DNA from: an uncultured Dehalococcoidia bacterium
GTDB lineage: Bacteria; Chloroflexota; Dehalococcoidia; SZUA-161
DNA: 64,000 nucleotides
Direction: 5' to 3'
NCBI GenBank assembly: GCA_964574685.1
Contig: CAZNOI010000003.1
Location: 53,408-117,407 of the forward strand
Shown here: positions 44,922 to 54,995 of the stretch, one piece after another
How positions within the stretch are numbered: the first letter of the stretch is position 1
Layout: each line of letters opens with the position of its first letter
Made by a program: the position numbers and the translations under genes
The notes under the pieces: generated by a model
Told to the model about the DNA's origin: nothing
What the model saw: the letters and a program-made list of their open reading frames with translations, nothing else
The model's database searches: none

Positions 44922-46793
44922 ATCTGTGTCCTCCGCGGTTAGAGCAAGCTCTGTCTTCTTCCAGCGTGTCTCTTGATACAGGAGTACATGCCCGTTGTCG
45001 AGCACACGATTGGTGTCCTCCAGCTTCGCATGCAATGAATTCCACTGCGGATCATCGCTAGACATCCCAAGGATATGCGCATAGTGTAGGGGATCTTTGT
45101 CACTGAACACGAAGAGCTTCTGCATTCCCCGAAGTACCCATCCCTCTTTATACAGAGTCGCGAGTTCTTCTGACTCTTGCCAAACTTCATCCTCTGATCG
45201 AATGTAGTAGTCCTTCTCCCTTGGATTTCGGAGGATTGCATCTGGTGCATGAGTGTATACCCAACCCCTGGAAGCGAATGTGAGGCTATGAATGATGCTC
45301 TGCTCACCGCGGCTAACCAAACCAGCAGACGCGATTTCGCCCGCGGTCCACTCGTAGGACCGGACGGCATCAGTACCAGCCGTGTTGACAGCGCACAGGA
45401 ACGTCGGCAGGGCTAGGAGGATGACGACTACTCCCAGAGCGGCCGAGCTCACACGCCGCACGTGACCGCCCTTCGACAGAAACAGCAGCAGAGCGGGGAC
45501 GGCAAAGAGGGGCGCGTACATCAGGAACCTAGAGAACTGCTGACCGCCGTGGGTTCCGACCAGACCAGCGATAGTAAGAGCTATAACTCCAACCAAGCCG
45601 CCCGTGATCAACATCTCGCCTGAGGTCAGCCGTCTAGTTCGGAGGAACATGTAGAGGCCCAGCAGGGTCCCGGTCACGAGGAAACCGAACCAGAAGCCAC
45701 GTACTATGCTAGCCCATAAGGGTAGCCGACTTCCGATGTTGGCGGCCCCCAGCGTGGCTGCGCTGGCCAGAAAGCGCCCTGACGAGAAGTCCTCCCAAGC
45801 CGATGGGACGAAGTCGGCCATATTCTCGAAGAAGTGCCATGACCAATAGACCCCCCACGCTGTTACCATCGCCAATAGGATAGCTACGGTATGCGTACCT
45901 ACCCAATTCGCAGGTGACCGAATCAGATAAGCGACACCGAGTATGCCAAGGACCAACAAGGGAGCGAGGAGGGATGTCGCGAAGTAGCTGACAACCATGG
46001 CCGTGAACACAATCAGCAGTAGTGCCTTGTCTGATGCCTTAGTGTTGGACTGCTCGACGGAGTTGGCTGTCGGGTTTAGGGTGTCGTGATAGACCACGAG
46101 CCTTGTGAGCGCCAGGACGAAGGCTACCAGCATAGTGAAACCCAGGGCGCGTGGATAGAAGACGGTTATGTCATCGGCAATAAGCATGCTTCCCACGATC
46201 ACTAGCGAGGTCGCGAGCATCGCCAAATGGTTGCTCTGTAGAATGCGGGTCGCCAGCAGGTATAGGCACGAAGAGAAGAGGAGGACATTGATCGTAAGCA
46301 GAAGCACTCGGCACTCGAGGATACTGAGTCCACCCATTTCAGATGCCGACGACGCAAGCATGTGCAGTCCAGGGAAATCGAAGTATACGAGGTTTTCGTG
46401 GCCAACGGGGATAGAGCCTTCTTGCAGAAGCCAGTTGACATGCCCCATGTTGAACGCACCATCGGCGTAGCTTCCATTCGGAGTTATGACTATCCAGAAC
46501 CCGAGGTACACAAGGCCGAATATGCAGGCCAGGCCTGTGTTCTCCCAGCTTGGCTTGCCTTTGGAGTCCGGCTTACTCGCGACGAGTGTAGCCAGCACTG
46601 TCAACCAGACGGCAAAGAGAGTGCAGAAGAGGGGCAGGTTCAGAATCAGACTCGGCGCTTGAATTGGCTGGTACTGGTCAACTAGATGGACAGGGAAGAG
46701 GAGGAGCGTTGATGTGAGGGCAAGCAGCAATACCCAAGCTGCGCTGCGGTGTCGAATCGATAGAGCACAGGGCAAGTGTAGTATCTTCCGCAC
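44919..46793 (-). CDS. polytopic membrane glycosyltransferase-like protein (PMT/ArnT-like or polymerase-like) with C-terminal soluble domain
   Basis: Twelve or more TM helices in the first 450 aa plus a 170-aa C-terminal domain. Sits within a glycosyltransferase operon. Family call is by architecture only. Confidence 0.45.
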   Translation of the reverse strand: MRKILHLPCALSIRHRSAAWVLLLALTSTLLLFPVHLVDQYQPIQAPSLILNLPLFCTLFAVWLTVLATLVASKPDSKGKPSWENTGLACIFGLVYLGFWIVITPNGSYADGAFNMGHVNWLLQEGSIPVGHENLVYFDFPGLHMLASSASEMGGLSILECRVLLLTINVLLFSSCLYLLATRILQSNHLAMLATSLVIVGSMLIADDITVFYPRALGFTMLVAFVLALTRLVVYHDTLNPTANSVEQSNTKASDKALLLIVFTAMVVSYFATSLLAPLLVLGILGVAYLIRSPANWVGTHTVAILLAMVTAWGVYWSWHFFENMADFVPSAWEDFSSGRFLASAATLGAANIGSRLPLWASIVRGFWFGFLVTGTLLGLYMFLRTRRLTSGEMLITGGLVGVIALTIAGLVGTHGGQQFSRFLMYAPLFAVPALLLFLSKGGHVRRVSSAALGVVVILLALPTFLCAVNTAGTDAVRSYEWTAGEIASAGLVSRGEQSIIHSLTFASRGWVYTHAPDAILRNPREKDYYIRSEDEVWQESEELATLYKEGWVLRGMQKLFVFSDKDPLHYAHILGMSSDDPQWNSLHAKLEDTNRVLDNGHVLLYQETRWKKTELALTAEDTD

Positions 46794-46807
46794 TTGAGTG
46801 CATCCTG

Positions 46808-48007
46808 TCAGGAGCGGCTATCAATCAACTCGAAGATGGAACAATACTGATGGACCACGTCGCGCCAAGTCACCGGTGGAGGCGGATGCGGGCCTAGCTC
46901 GCACCTATTGCGTCTAGCGGCGAGTTCCTCGATGCGCAAGCGCAAATCGATAGGATCGCCTGCCTTGGCATAAACCGCACCGTCATAGCCGTGCAGCAAT
47001 TCCCGCATCACCTGCAAATCAGAGGCCAGGATAGTCTTCCCGTAGGCCATGCCGATGCTGGCCACCCCACTGCCGGAGGTTGCCAAATACGGGAGCACTA
47101 ACACGTCTGTAGCTGAGAAATACTCTCGCACTACTGAGTTCGGCACGTACATTGGGCAGAACAATATATTGCTGCTGAATGGGGAGGTTTCGACAAGGCG
47201 GCTGACTTCGGCATCGTCACCCCAGTCTTCCCCGGCGATGATCAGTTTCGTTGCGCTGGCTACCGAAGGGTGCAGCCCATTGAACGCCCTCAGGAGCTCA
47301 GACACTCCTTTGTACCGCCTTATCATGCCAAAGAAGAGCATGACGAATTCCTGTTGGATACCGAGGCTTGCCCTTGCTTGGAGCATTGGGAGCGGCGGTC
47401 CGTAGCTATCATATGTCCCAAAGGGTATCGTGAAGACGTTCCTGGCACTGAGATGATAAGTCAGTATCGCCTCGGCTGCAACAGCCTCGGAGTGAGTGGT
47501 GTGAGCGTCGGCGAGTGACATTATGGCACCGCTCGCATGCTTGGACAGCAGCCGAAGCGGTTGGTATCCCATTTCAAGCGGTTCCGCAACCTCGTGAAGC
47601 TGGACTATCAGCGTAGTCCGAAGACAGATCTTTGCGTACAGCGCAATGAGGAGCTGCATGGGTATTGTAGCTGACGTCCACCATTGTAGGATCACTACCT
47701 CCGGTCTGTAGGTTCTCAGAAATCGAATAGCCTGCAGCCAGCTCACAGGCGAATTCCAGTCCATTCCGTTGAAGCTCTCTATTCCAGGATCGAGTGGTTC
47801 TGGAGACGTAGCCCTGCCGATGTGTTCTTTGCCAGGGTACAGGAACTCTGGAAGCAGGTTTCGGAGAAACAGTACTTCAACCTTGTTCTGACTATCACTA
47901 GCGAACGCATTTGCCAAGAGGAACGTATGGACTGTCACGCCGCTGCAGAATCTCTCGGAGGGGCCGACCACGCAGATTCGTCTTGACGAATGTGAGCGCA
48001 TATACAT
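46808..48007 (-). CDS. glycosyltransferase family 4 (GT-B fold)
   Basis: C-terminal ...LPYLATSGSGVASIGMAYGKTILASDLQVMRELL... resembles the GT4 EX7E region. Confidence 0.7.
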   Translation of the reverse strand: MYMRSHSSRRICVVGPSERFCSGVTVHTFLLANAFASDSQNKVEVLFLRNLLPEFLYPGKEHIGRATSPEPLDPGIESFNGMDWNSPVSWLQAIRFLRTYRPEVVILQWWTSATIPMQLLIALYAKICLRTTLIVQLHEVAEPLEMGYQPLRLLSKHASGAIMSLADAHTTHSEAVAAEAILTYHLSARNVFTIPFGTYDSYGPPLPMLQARASLGIQQEFVMLFFGMIRRYKGVSELLRAFNGLHPSVASATKLIIAGEDWGDDAEVSRLVETSPFSSNILFCPMYVPNSVVREYFSATDVLVLPYLATSGSGVASIGMAYGKTILASDLQVMRELLHGYDGAVYAKAGDPIDLRLRIEELAARRNRCELGPHPPPPVTWRDVVHQYCSIFELIDSRS

Positions 48008-48091
48008 TAGGAAGCCGGAATCTGACCGGAGGCGTCGCCATCGGACTTGTGCCTTCTCCGGCGCTGCAACTGCCGCGGATGTACTTCGGGA

Positions 48092-48844
48092 CTAAGTCTG
48101 GTCAGTGGATTTCCCGGCTACCGGTGGTCGCCAGAATATCAGCCCCAGTATTGTTCTCAGGTGGTCGTAGCCTGCCTGGAAGCTGCCGAGCTTGGCCTTG
48201 CCCACCCTTGGGCGGTACTCGATGGGTATCTCCTTGACGCGAAGCCTCATCCGTGCGGCCTTGATCGCTATCTCGGGCTCGATGGCGAAGCCGCACGAGT
48301 TCACCGCCATGGCTTCCAGGTGCTCCTTGCGGATGCCGTACAGCCCGGTCGAGTAGTCCGACGCCGCGAATCCGTAGATGCACCGGATCATGTGCTGAAA
48401 GACGCAGTTGCCGAACCGGTTCAGGGGCGGGATGTTGCTCCTGCCGCGCCTGCGGGATGCGTAGACAACGTCACACGTTTCGAGGGCCTCGTACATCATG
48501 GGTATGGCCTCCGCAGGGTACGTGTCGTCCGCATCTATCAGGATGACGTAGTCACCACGCGCCTGCCTGACTCCCGACTTCAGGGCCTCGCCCTTTCCCA
48601 GGTTCCGAGGGTGGCTGATGAGCCTGCAGGGAAAGTCAGACGCGACATCGACCGTCCGGTCACTCGACCCGTCATCGACGACGAGCACCTCGCAGACGCC
48701 GTCGACGGCCCTGTGTATCTTCTCAAGGATTACCGGGAGGCCGGTCTCCTCGTTGTAGGCGGGGACGACGATACTGGCCACTACTCGCGTGGCGGTGGTT
48801 GTCGAGCCCTCGAGAAGGGACCCGGCCAGTACCTTCTGAGTCAT
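48092..48844 (-). CDS. glycosyltransferase family 2 (polyprenyl-phosphate sugar transferase-like)
   Basis: IVVPAYNEE...VLVVDDGSSDRT...ILIDADDTYP (DXD) motifs. Confidence 0.8.
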   Translation of the reverse strand: MTQKVLAGSLLEGSTTTATRVVASIVVPAYNEETGLPVILEKIHRAVDGVCEVLVVDDGSSDRTVDVASDFPCRLISHPRNLGKGEALKSGVRQARGDYVILIDADDTYPAEAIPMMYEALETCDVVYASRRRGRSNIPPLNRFGNCVFQHMIRCIYGFAASDYSTGLYGIRKEHLEAMAVNSCGFAIEPEIAIKAARMRLRVKEIPIEYRPRVGKAKLGSFQAGYDHLRTILGLIFWRPPVAGKSTDQT

Positions 48845-48859
48845 GCCGTCCTTTCCGGC

Positions 48860-49531
48860 CTATTTGGGTGCCCTCACCCGCCTCACACCGACATAGCCGA
48901 CCAGGCCCAGAAGACCGAGCCCCAGCAGGGCAACGGTAGCGACCTCCGGCGTTGGATAGCCGGGGTCCATATGCGGCGAACGGAGCGATGACTCTCCGTC
49001 AGTGCTTATCATGTGTGGATTCGTGTCCGTGTTGCAGACCTCGAGCGCCAGGTAGTCCCCCTGAAGAATGGTCGCGGACTCCGCCTGAAGCTCGATGATA
49101 ACGGCATTGTAGCCCTGGTCGAAGGTAAGGAAGGTCTCGGTGGTCGTCGGTATGTCATACCACTGCTCGAGATCGGTATCCCAGCCCCCTATGTGCACTT
49201 CCCACTCGTCGAGGGACTCGGGATCAGGCTCCCCGATCTCGTACTCATCGATCCTCAGCTCGATGACCCATGCCCCGCCGGGGAACGTGACGTCGCACAC
49301 GGCCGCGTTCTCCGCGAGCCATGTCTTGCACCCACCGGCGCCGATTGTTACCCAGCCCGCCTGAGCGCCCCATGCCTTCTCCATGACCGAGAACGGGGAA
49401 CCGCAACTGTGCGGCGCGCCGTCCAGGTACCACAACTGGGACGCGGTTGCGCCGACCGCCGCGGGCATCGCGACCAGTATCGCGGCTATGAGCAGGGTAG
49501 CTGCAAGTACCCCGGACCGGGACCACTTCAT
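48860..49531 (-). CDS. secreted PEP-CTERM protein
   Basis: Signal peptide MKWSRSGVLAATLLIAAILVAMPAAVGA. C-terminus PTPEVATVALLGLGLLGLVGYVGVRRVRAPK (PEP motif, TM helix, Arg-rich tail). RBS GGAGG before ATG 49531. Confidence 0.6.
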   Translation of the reverse strand: MKWSRSGVLAATLLIAAILVAMPAAVGATASQLWYLDGAPHSCGSPFSVMEKAWGAQAGWVTIGAGGCKTWLAENAAVCDVTFPGGAWVIELRIDEYEIGEPDPESLDEWEVHIGGWDTDLEQWYDIPTTTETFLTFDQGYNAVIIELQAESATILQGDYLALEVCNTDTNPHMISTDGESSLRSPHMDPGYPTPEVATVALLGLGLLGLVGYVGVRRVRAPK

Positions 49532-49621
49532 TACGTACCTCCAAACGGCGCATGGTTTGGGTGCAACCCACGGAGCGAACCACGCACACGTAAGCATACA
49601 AGGTCGCACACAACCGTTGCC

Positions 49622-49650
49622 ATTAAAGCACACGGGTAAACTGCTGTCAA
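49622..49650 (-). promoter_or_regulatory. sigma70-like promoter (TTGACA-17-TTTAAT) for the PEP-CTERM gene
   Basis: Reverse complement of 49622-49650 reads TTGACAgcagtttacccgtgtgcTTTAAT. Confidence 0.4.
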
Positions 49651-49746
49651 CTTAATCTAACCTACCTTATCCTATCTCAGGCCTTTGGGCCAGAGTACGA
49701 TAGTACTGTACCGGAGCTTGACAAAGCCACCGGCGCTACGTAAAGT

Positions 49747-50454
49747 GTGCCTAGCTGCATGTCTGCTGACAGTATGGACAGGGTCTCTTTGCTGGGCCAG
49801 GTCCCCCTTTTCGCTTCCCTGCAGTCCGAATGGCTGGATGAGCTGGCCGCCAGTCTGACTGCCAGGAACTACAAGCGCGGCGAGACCATATTTCACAAGG
49901 ACGACCCCGGCGATTCGCTCTACATAATCGCCGAAGGCCAGGTGAAGATAGCTACGACGTCGCTGGAAGGCGAAGAGGTGATACTGGCCATTCTGACGAC
50001 CGGCGATTTCTTCGGCGAGCTGTCGCTGCTCGACAGCAGGCCGAGGTCGGCCGGTGCCATGGCTATGGAGGCAACGCAGGCGTTTACTCTTCACCGCTCC
50101 GACCTGCTGGAGGCGATCGGGAGACGCCCGGAGATGGTGAGCGGCATACTTGCGGCCCTTAGTGACCGCCTTCGGCGAGCGGACCTGCTGCTGGAGGACG
50201 CTATCTTCCTGGATTTGCCTTCGCGGCTGGCCAAGCGCCTCCTTGAGTTGGGCGAGAGGCACGGTATCGAGACGGAGAAGGGGCTGGAGATCGAGCTGCG
50301 CCTGACGCAGCAGGACCTTGCGAATTTTGTCGGCGCCAGCCGTGTCGCCGTTAACAAGCTGCTCGGGCAGTTCCAGGATCGGGGCCTCATAATGCTGGAC
50401 AAGCATAAGCTAATCATCCTGAAGGGCGAAGAACTGAGGAAGCAGGTCCAGTGA
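49747..50454 (+). CDS. Crp/Fnr-family transcriptional regulator
   Basis: cNMP-binding beta-roll (GDFFGELSLLD..RSA) and C-terminal HTH (RLTQQDLANFVGASRVAVNKLL). Confidence 0.8.
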   Translation: MPSCMSADSMDRVSLLGQVPLFASLQSEWLDELAASLTARNYKRGETIFHKDDPGDSLYIIAEGQVKIATTSLEGEEVILAILTTGDFFGELSLLDSRPRSAGAMAMEATQAFTLHRSDLLEAIGRRPEMVSGILAALSDRLRRADLLLEDAIFLDLPSRLAKRLLELGERHGIETEKGLEIELRLTQQDLANFVGASRVAVNKLLGQFQDRGLIMLDKHKLIILKGEELRKQVQ

Positions 50455-50503
50455 TTGAGGGCCGAGAGTCTCACGGGGCGGCCTGCGGGTAAGGAGATCG
50501 ACT

Positions 50504-51409
50504 GTGTTCAAGAGAATCCTGGTTCCACTGGACGGTTCGGAGCTGGCGGAGATCGCCCTGCCCTACGCCGAGGACCTGGCGGGGGCGTTCGGAGCGGAGA
50601 TAGTCCTTCTTCATGTGCTCGAATCCGACGATTCAGAGTACAAGCGCATGCACGAGTCGTACCTTCAGGAGGCGGCTGAGCGCGTGACGGACTCGGTGCG
50701 GAAGCGGGCCGCCGGCGACCAGGCAGGCGCGGTAAGGGTCGAAGCCGTCATCGCGGAAGGCCACCCGGCCGAGCAGATCATCGACCGTGCGGACGATGAG
50801 TCCGTCGATCTCATAGCCATGGCGACACACGGGCGGTCGGGAGTCCGCAGATGGGTAATGGGCAGCGTGGCGGACAAGGTAGTCTCAGCAACGCAAGCGC
50901 CGGTCACGCTGGTCAAGGCAAAGGCCGAAGGGACTGAGCGCAGGGAGACGCCATACGGGAGCCTGCTCGTGCCGCTTGACGGATCTCCGGAGGCGGAAAC
51001 GGTGCTCTCATATGTCGAGGCGCTCGGAACGCGAATGGGCAGCCGTGTCGTTCTGCTGAGCGTGGTGCCCGGCGTGTCGGCGGTGTACGCGTTCCCGGGC
51101 GAGACCGTGCAGTTTCCCTACACCGAGGCCGATGTCCAGATCATGAAGACCGACGCCGAGACCTATCTCGCAAGCGTCGCGGAGAGGCTCGAGGAGAAAG
51201 GTCTCAGGCCCGAGTCCAGGGTTGTCGCAGGGGACACTGCTGAGGAGATAATACTCACCGCCGAGAGAGCGCATGCGGATCTCGTCGCAATGTCGACGCA
51301 CGGACGTTCGGGAGTGAGTCGCTGGGCTTTTGGCAGTGTTGCCGACAAGGTGCTGAGGGGAGTGGACAGCCCGCTGTTCCTGGTGAGGACAGCATCCACC
51401 GGCTCATGA
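50504..51409 (+). CDS. tandem universal stress protein (UspA) domains
   Basis: Two copies of ILVPLDGS...A...LLHV...G..SVADKV pattern. Confidence 0.8.
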   Translation: MFKRILVPLDGSELAEIALPYAEDLAGAFGAEIVLLHVLESDDSEYKRMHESYLQEAAERVTDSVRKRAAGDQAGAVRVEAVIAEGHPAEQIIDRADDESVDLIAMATHGRSGVRRWVMGSVADKVVSATQAPVTLVKAKAEGTERRETPYGSLLVPLDGSPEAETVLSYVEALGTRMGSRVVLLSVVPGVSAVYAFPGETVQFPYTEADVQIMKTDAETYLASVAERLEEKGLRPESRVVAGDTAEEIILTAERAHADLVAMSTHGRSGVSRWAFGSVADKVLRGVDSPLFLVRTASTGS

Positions 51410-51410
51410 A

Positions 51411-52355
51411 TCAGGTGCTGGCGGCCTGGTCCAACTCCTGAGTGCCGAGAGCCTTGAGCTCGTCGATATCGTTCATGCTCAGGGCCTTGGCTTTCCGCGC
51501 TATCCTCTTGATGAGCTTCGTGAGGACTATGCCTGGGCCGACCTCCACGAAGGTTGTCACGCCGGCTTCAGTCATGTACTCCACTGAGGGCTGCCACCTG
51601 ACGCAACTGCAGAGCTGTTGAAGCAGTTCGTCCTTGACCTCCTCGACCGTAGTCATCGGCTTCGCAGACGCATTGGCGATCACGGGTAGCTGAGGCGGGC
51701 GGAAGCTTGTGCTCTCAACTGCGCGGGCCATGCCTTCTACCGCCGGACGCATCAACTCTGAATGGAAGGCTCCGCTGACTTCCAGGGCCACTGTGCCTAC
51801 CGCACCTCGCGCCTGCGAGAGGTCCATGGCGTTGGCAACGGCTTCCCTGGTTCCACTGACAACGAGCTGACCTGGGCAGTTGATGTTAGCGACCTGGGCG
51901 CCGGTCTCGGTGCAGACATCTGCGACGGTCTCGGCGTCAAGGCCGATGATGGCCGCCATAGCGCCGGGCTCCATTTCTCCGGACAATTGCATCAGACGGC
52001 CCCGCTCCCTGACGAGCTGCAGCGCATCAACGAAGTCGAGGACGTTGGCTGCAACCAGCGCTGTGTATTCGCCCAGGCTGTGCCCGGCAAGGAAGTCGGC
52101 CTTCCTGCCGCCGTTCAGTTGCCGGGTGGCCATCATATATGCGACGCTGGCGGTCAGGATGGCGGGCTGGGAGTTTATGGTCTGGCGCAGCTCCTCCGCT
52201 GGACCTTCGAAGCAGAGACGCGAGAGGGGAAAGCCCAGGACCTCATCCGCTGCCTTGAAGACACGCCTGGCCTCCGGCGAGGACTCACATAGTCCGAGGC
52301 ACATGCCCACTTCCTGTGACCCCTGGCCGGGAAAGACGTAAGCTATCTTGGACAT
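51411..52355 (-). CDS. fabD: malonyl-CoA:ACP transacylase
   Basis: YVFPGQGSQ..GM and GHSLGEYTALVAA active site. Confidence 0.85.
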   Translation of the reverse strand: MSKIAYVFPGQGSQEVGMCLGLCESSPEARRVFKAADEVLGFPLSRLCFEGPAEELRQTINSQPAILTASVAYMMATRQLNGGRKADFLAGHSLGEYTALVAANVLDFVDALQLVRERGRLMQLSGEMEPGAMAAIIGLDAETVADVCTETGAQVANINCPGQLVVSGTREAVANAMDLSQARGAVGTVALEVSGAFHSELMRPAVEGMARAVESTSFRPPQLPVIANASAKPMTTVEEVKDELLQQLCSCVRWQPSVEYMTEAGVTTFVEVGPGIVLTKLIKRIARKAKALSMNDIDELKALGTQELDQAAST

Positions 52356-52972
52356 GTCAGTATCTCCTGCTTCCGGCGCACTGCCCCGTCAACTCCGTTG
52401 GGAAGTTGATCGATGACAGTCCATTCGATTTCGCTGTCGCCCGCCACCACCGAGACCATATGGCCGCTATGGTGAAGATGTCTAACGACGTAGGCGACAC
52501 CGTCGTGTTCCAGCAACGTGCGCCGGTCATCCGGCATGGCCTTCACCCGGCACGCCCGCAAGCCGCCAATGCCAACGCCGACCGCCTTGAGCGCGGCCTC
52601 CTTTGCAGTCCACACCCTGAAGAAGGCCGGCCAGGACTTGCCACCCGCGATTTCCCACTCTTCCTCGGACGCCGTCAGATCGAACAGGTACCGGCGACGA
52701 GGGGCCACCTTCTCAACATCTATGCCGACTCTGGAAAGGGCTGCAACCGCCGCAACGCATCCGGGCTTGTGTGACACAGACCAGTAGATTCCGCTCGATG
52801 CTACAGGCACATCGTCGTCGTCCTTCTGCAGGGGATGCAACTCGAAACCGCTCTTGGCTGCGCTCAGCCTCAACGCCACCCTCGAAAGCCTGCTGAGACG
52901 TTGAACACGCTCCTTGCCCGGCGCGGACCGTTCGGCCGTCGGAATGGACATTACGACGGGATGCAACACCAT
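52343..52972 (-). CDS. Sfp-type 4'-phosphopantetheinyl transferase
   Basis: GIDVEKV... and FFRVWTAKEAALKAVGVG (W/FxxKEAxxK) motifs. Start overlaps fabD. Confidence 0.7.
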   Translation of the reverse strand: MVLHPVVMSIPTAERSAPGKERVQRLSRLSRVALRLSAAKSGFELHPLQKDDDDVPVASSGIYWSVSHKPGCVAAVAALSRVGIDVEKVAPRRRYLFDLTASEEEWEIAGGKSWPAFFRVWTAKEAALKAVGVGIGGLRACRVKAMPDDRRTLLEHDGVAYVVRHLHHSGHMVSVVAGDSEIEWTVIDQLPNGVDGAVRRKQEILTCPR

Positions 52973-52980
52973 GGCGCGGA

Positions 52981-53781
52981 TCAGTCCCTCGTCACCTTGA
53001 ATACGATATCCTGGTCGAAGTAGTTCGCGGACATGCCGGCGTCCACGATTATGCTCTGGGCGTTGATGCCACTTGATCTGTCACTCAGCAGGAACGTTGC
53101 CACGTTTGCCACTTCCCTCGTGGCCAGCGACTTCTTTCGGAGCGTCGCTTTCTCAGCGTAGAGATAGTAGTCGAGGTAGCCGGGTATCCCCGCTGATGCC
53201 GAGGTCTTCAGCAGACCGGAATTCACCGAATTGAACCTGACGTTGGAGAAGCGGCTGAACGACTTCGCCAGGAAGACCACCGACGAGTCCAGGGCTGCCT
53301 TCACCGGGGCCATATACCCGTACGGCTCGGCCGCCATTCTTGTGGTGGATATGGATATGGTCACGACCGAGGCATTCTGGTCCAGCATGTCTTTGAATGC
53401 ATTCGCGATGTTGAGGAACGAATAGCAGGAGATCTCCACTGCCTGCAGGAAGTCCTTTCGCTTCACCTCGTGGAACGGCTTCAGACCTTCAGAGTAGTTG
53501 GCGAAGGCAAGCGAGTGAACGAAGCCATGGAACTTGTCGTATCTGGATTGGAGGTCGCGTGCCAGCCGGTCTATCTCCTCCTCGCGCTCTACGTCGCATG
53601 TGTAGATGTCGGCGTCGGGTAGTATCCTGGCTACGTTTTCCTTCACTGCTTCATTCTGGACGACCTGCACGATCTCGGCGCCTGCCTCGGCAAGCACCTC
53701 GGTGATGGCATAGGCCACACTCTTCTTGTTGGCCACGCCGAATACCACGTATCGTCGTCCTTCTATTCCCAGGAAATCCAT
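52981..53781 (-). CDS. fabI: enoyl-ACP reductase (FabI/FabL-like SDR)
   Basis: [16 protein letters not shown] (Gly-rich NAD site), Tyr/Lys catalytic pattern; length 266 aa. Confidence 0.7.
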   Translation of the reverse strand: MDFLGIEGRRYVVFGVANKKSVAYAITEVLAEAGAEIVQVVQNEAVKENVARILPDADIYTCDVEREEEIDRLARDLQSRYDKFHGFVHSLAFANYSEGLKPFHEVKRKDFLQAVEISCYSFLNIANAFKDMLDQNASVVTISISTTRMAAEPYGYMAPVKAALDSSVVFLAKSFSRFSNVRFNSVNSGLLKTSASAGIPGYLDYYLYAEKATLRKKSLATREVANVATFLLSDRSSGINAQSIIVDAGMSANYFDQDIVFKVTRD

Positions 53782-53807
53782 TAGCCTGCCTCTCTGATGC
53801 TCCGTCG

Positions 53808-54230
53808 TCAGCCCTCAACGAGGCTGACCGCGAATTCCACCGTAACTGCGGTCTTGCCGTCGGACCTGGCGCTGCCCTTCATGAAGAAGGCGTTGCTGAC
53901 CCGTTCCACAAGCTCGGCTTCGAGTTCGAGCGTGGCACCGGGCTTCACCATGTTCTTGAATCTGGCGTTGGTCACCCGTGTCAGTACCGGCGTACCACCG
54001 CCTCCGTATTCTATGACTCCGGAAAGCAGTATGGCCCCTGTCTGGAATATCGACTCGCAGATTAGTACGCCCGGCATTATCGGATTGCCGGGGTAGTGAC
54101 CTTTGAAGAACTCCTCTTCCGGTCTGACCTGTCTCGTTGCCTTGATCTTCGACTCTGTCAACTCGACAACTTCATCCACGAACAGGAAGGGTGGTCTGTG
54201 AGGTATAGCCTTCAGCACCTGATCATCCAT
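53808..54230 (-). CDS. fabZ: 3-hydroxyacyl-ACP dehydratase
   Basis: [13 protein letters not shown]...[26 protein letters not shown] hotdog motif. Confidence 0.8.
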   Translation of the reverse strand: MDDQVLKAIPHRPPFLFVDEVVELTESKIKATRQVRPEEEFFKGHYPGNPIMPGVLICESIFQTGAILLSGVIEYGGGGTPVLTRVTNARFKNMVKPGATLELEAELVERVSNAFFMKGSARSDGKTAVTVEFAVSLVEG

Positions 54231-54232
54231 CT

Positions 54233-54973
54233 CTAGAGACCTCCCGTTACCTCCAGCACCGAGCCGGTGACGTATGAGGCCTCCTTCGACGCGAGGAACA
54301 GGACGCAGGCTGCGACCTCCTCCGGTTTCCCGAAGCGCTTCAAGGGTACCTGGCTCGTGTACTGGTCACGCTGCTCCTTCGGCAGGTCCTCGATGAGTTC
54401 GGTGGCAATGAAGCCGGGAGAGACGCAGTTGACCGTTATCCCGCGCCGGGCCACCTCCTTCGAAAGCGACTTCGTGAGCGCTACCATCCCGGCCTTGGCC
54501 GCAGCGTAGTTGCCCTGTCCCTCGAACCCATATTTGCCCGACGGGGAAGTAACATTGATGATGCGACCATAGCGCTTTCTCGACAGGCTCTGCACTCCGA
54601 ACTTGCACATGTAGAAGACGCCGCTGAGGTTTGTCTCGATCACATCGTGCCAGTCCGATTCCTGCATCATCCCGACTATTGCGTCCTTGCGTATGCCAGC
54701 ATTGTTCACAATGATCTCGAATCCCTCGTAGCTCTTCCCAATGTGGTCGAAGAAAGCCTCGACGTCCGCCTGCCTGGATACGTCACACTTCTGCACGTCT
54801 ATCATGTCCCCATGCTGGCTGTTCTCGTCCTTGAACCTGGCGGCGGCGGCCTCATTCGACGAATACGTTACGATCACCCTCGCGCCCTCGCGGAGGAAGC
54901 ATTCGGCAATGCTCCTGCCGATACCCCTGGTGCCCCCGGTTATGATGGCCGTCTGGCCCTGGAAATCAAGCAT
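54233..54973 (-). CDS. fabG: 3-oxoacyl-ACP reductase
   Basis: AIITGGTRGIGRSIA..., NAG, YAAAKAG SDR motifs. Confidence 0.8.
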   Translation of the reverse strand: MLDFQGQTAIITGGTRGIGRSIAECFLREGARVIVTYSSNEAAAARFKDENSQHGDMIDVQKCDVSRQADVEAFFDHIGKSYEGFEIIVNNAGIRKDAIVGMMQESDWHDVIETNLSGVFYMCKFGVQSLSRKRYGRIINVTSPSGKYGFEGQGNYAAAKAGMVALTKSLSKEVARRGITVNCVSPGFIATELIEDLPKEQRDQYTSQVPLKRFGKPEEVAACVLFLASKEASYVTGSVLEVTGGL

Positions 54974-54995
54974 CCGATGCCTCCCTGGGACTGGA

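Noticed and set aside
32762-49700. Common AT-rich motif (GATAAG…TTAAGTT…GTTAG) upstream of both PEP-CTERM genes as a regulon box
   Set aside because: The similarity is short, gapped and in low-complexity AT-rich promoter DNA. The shared GGTAAACTGC 10-mer is far below significance. Only the individual sigma70-like promoters are reported.
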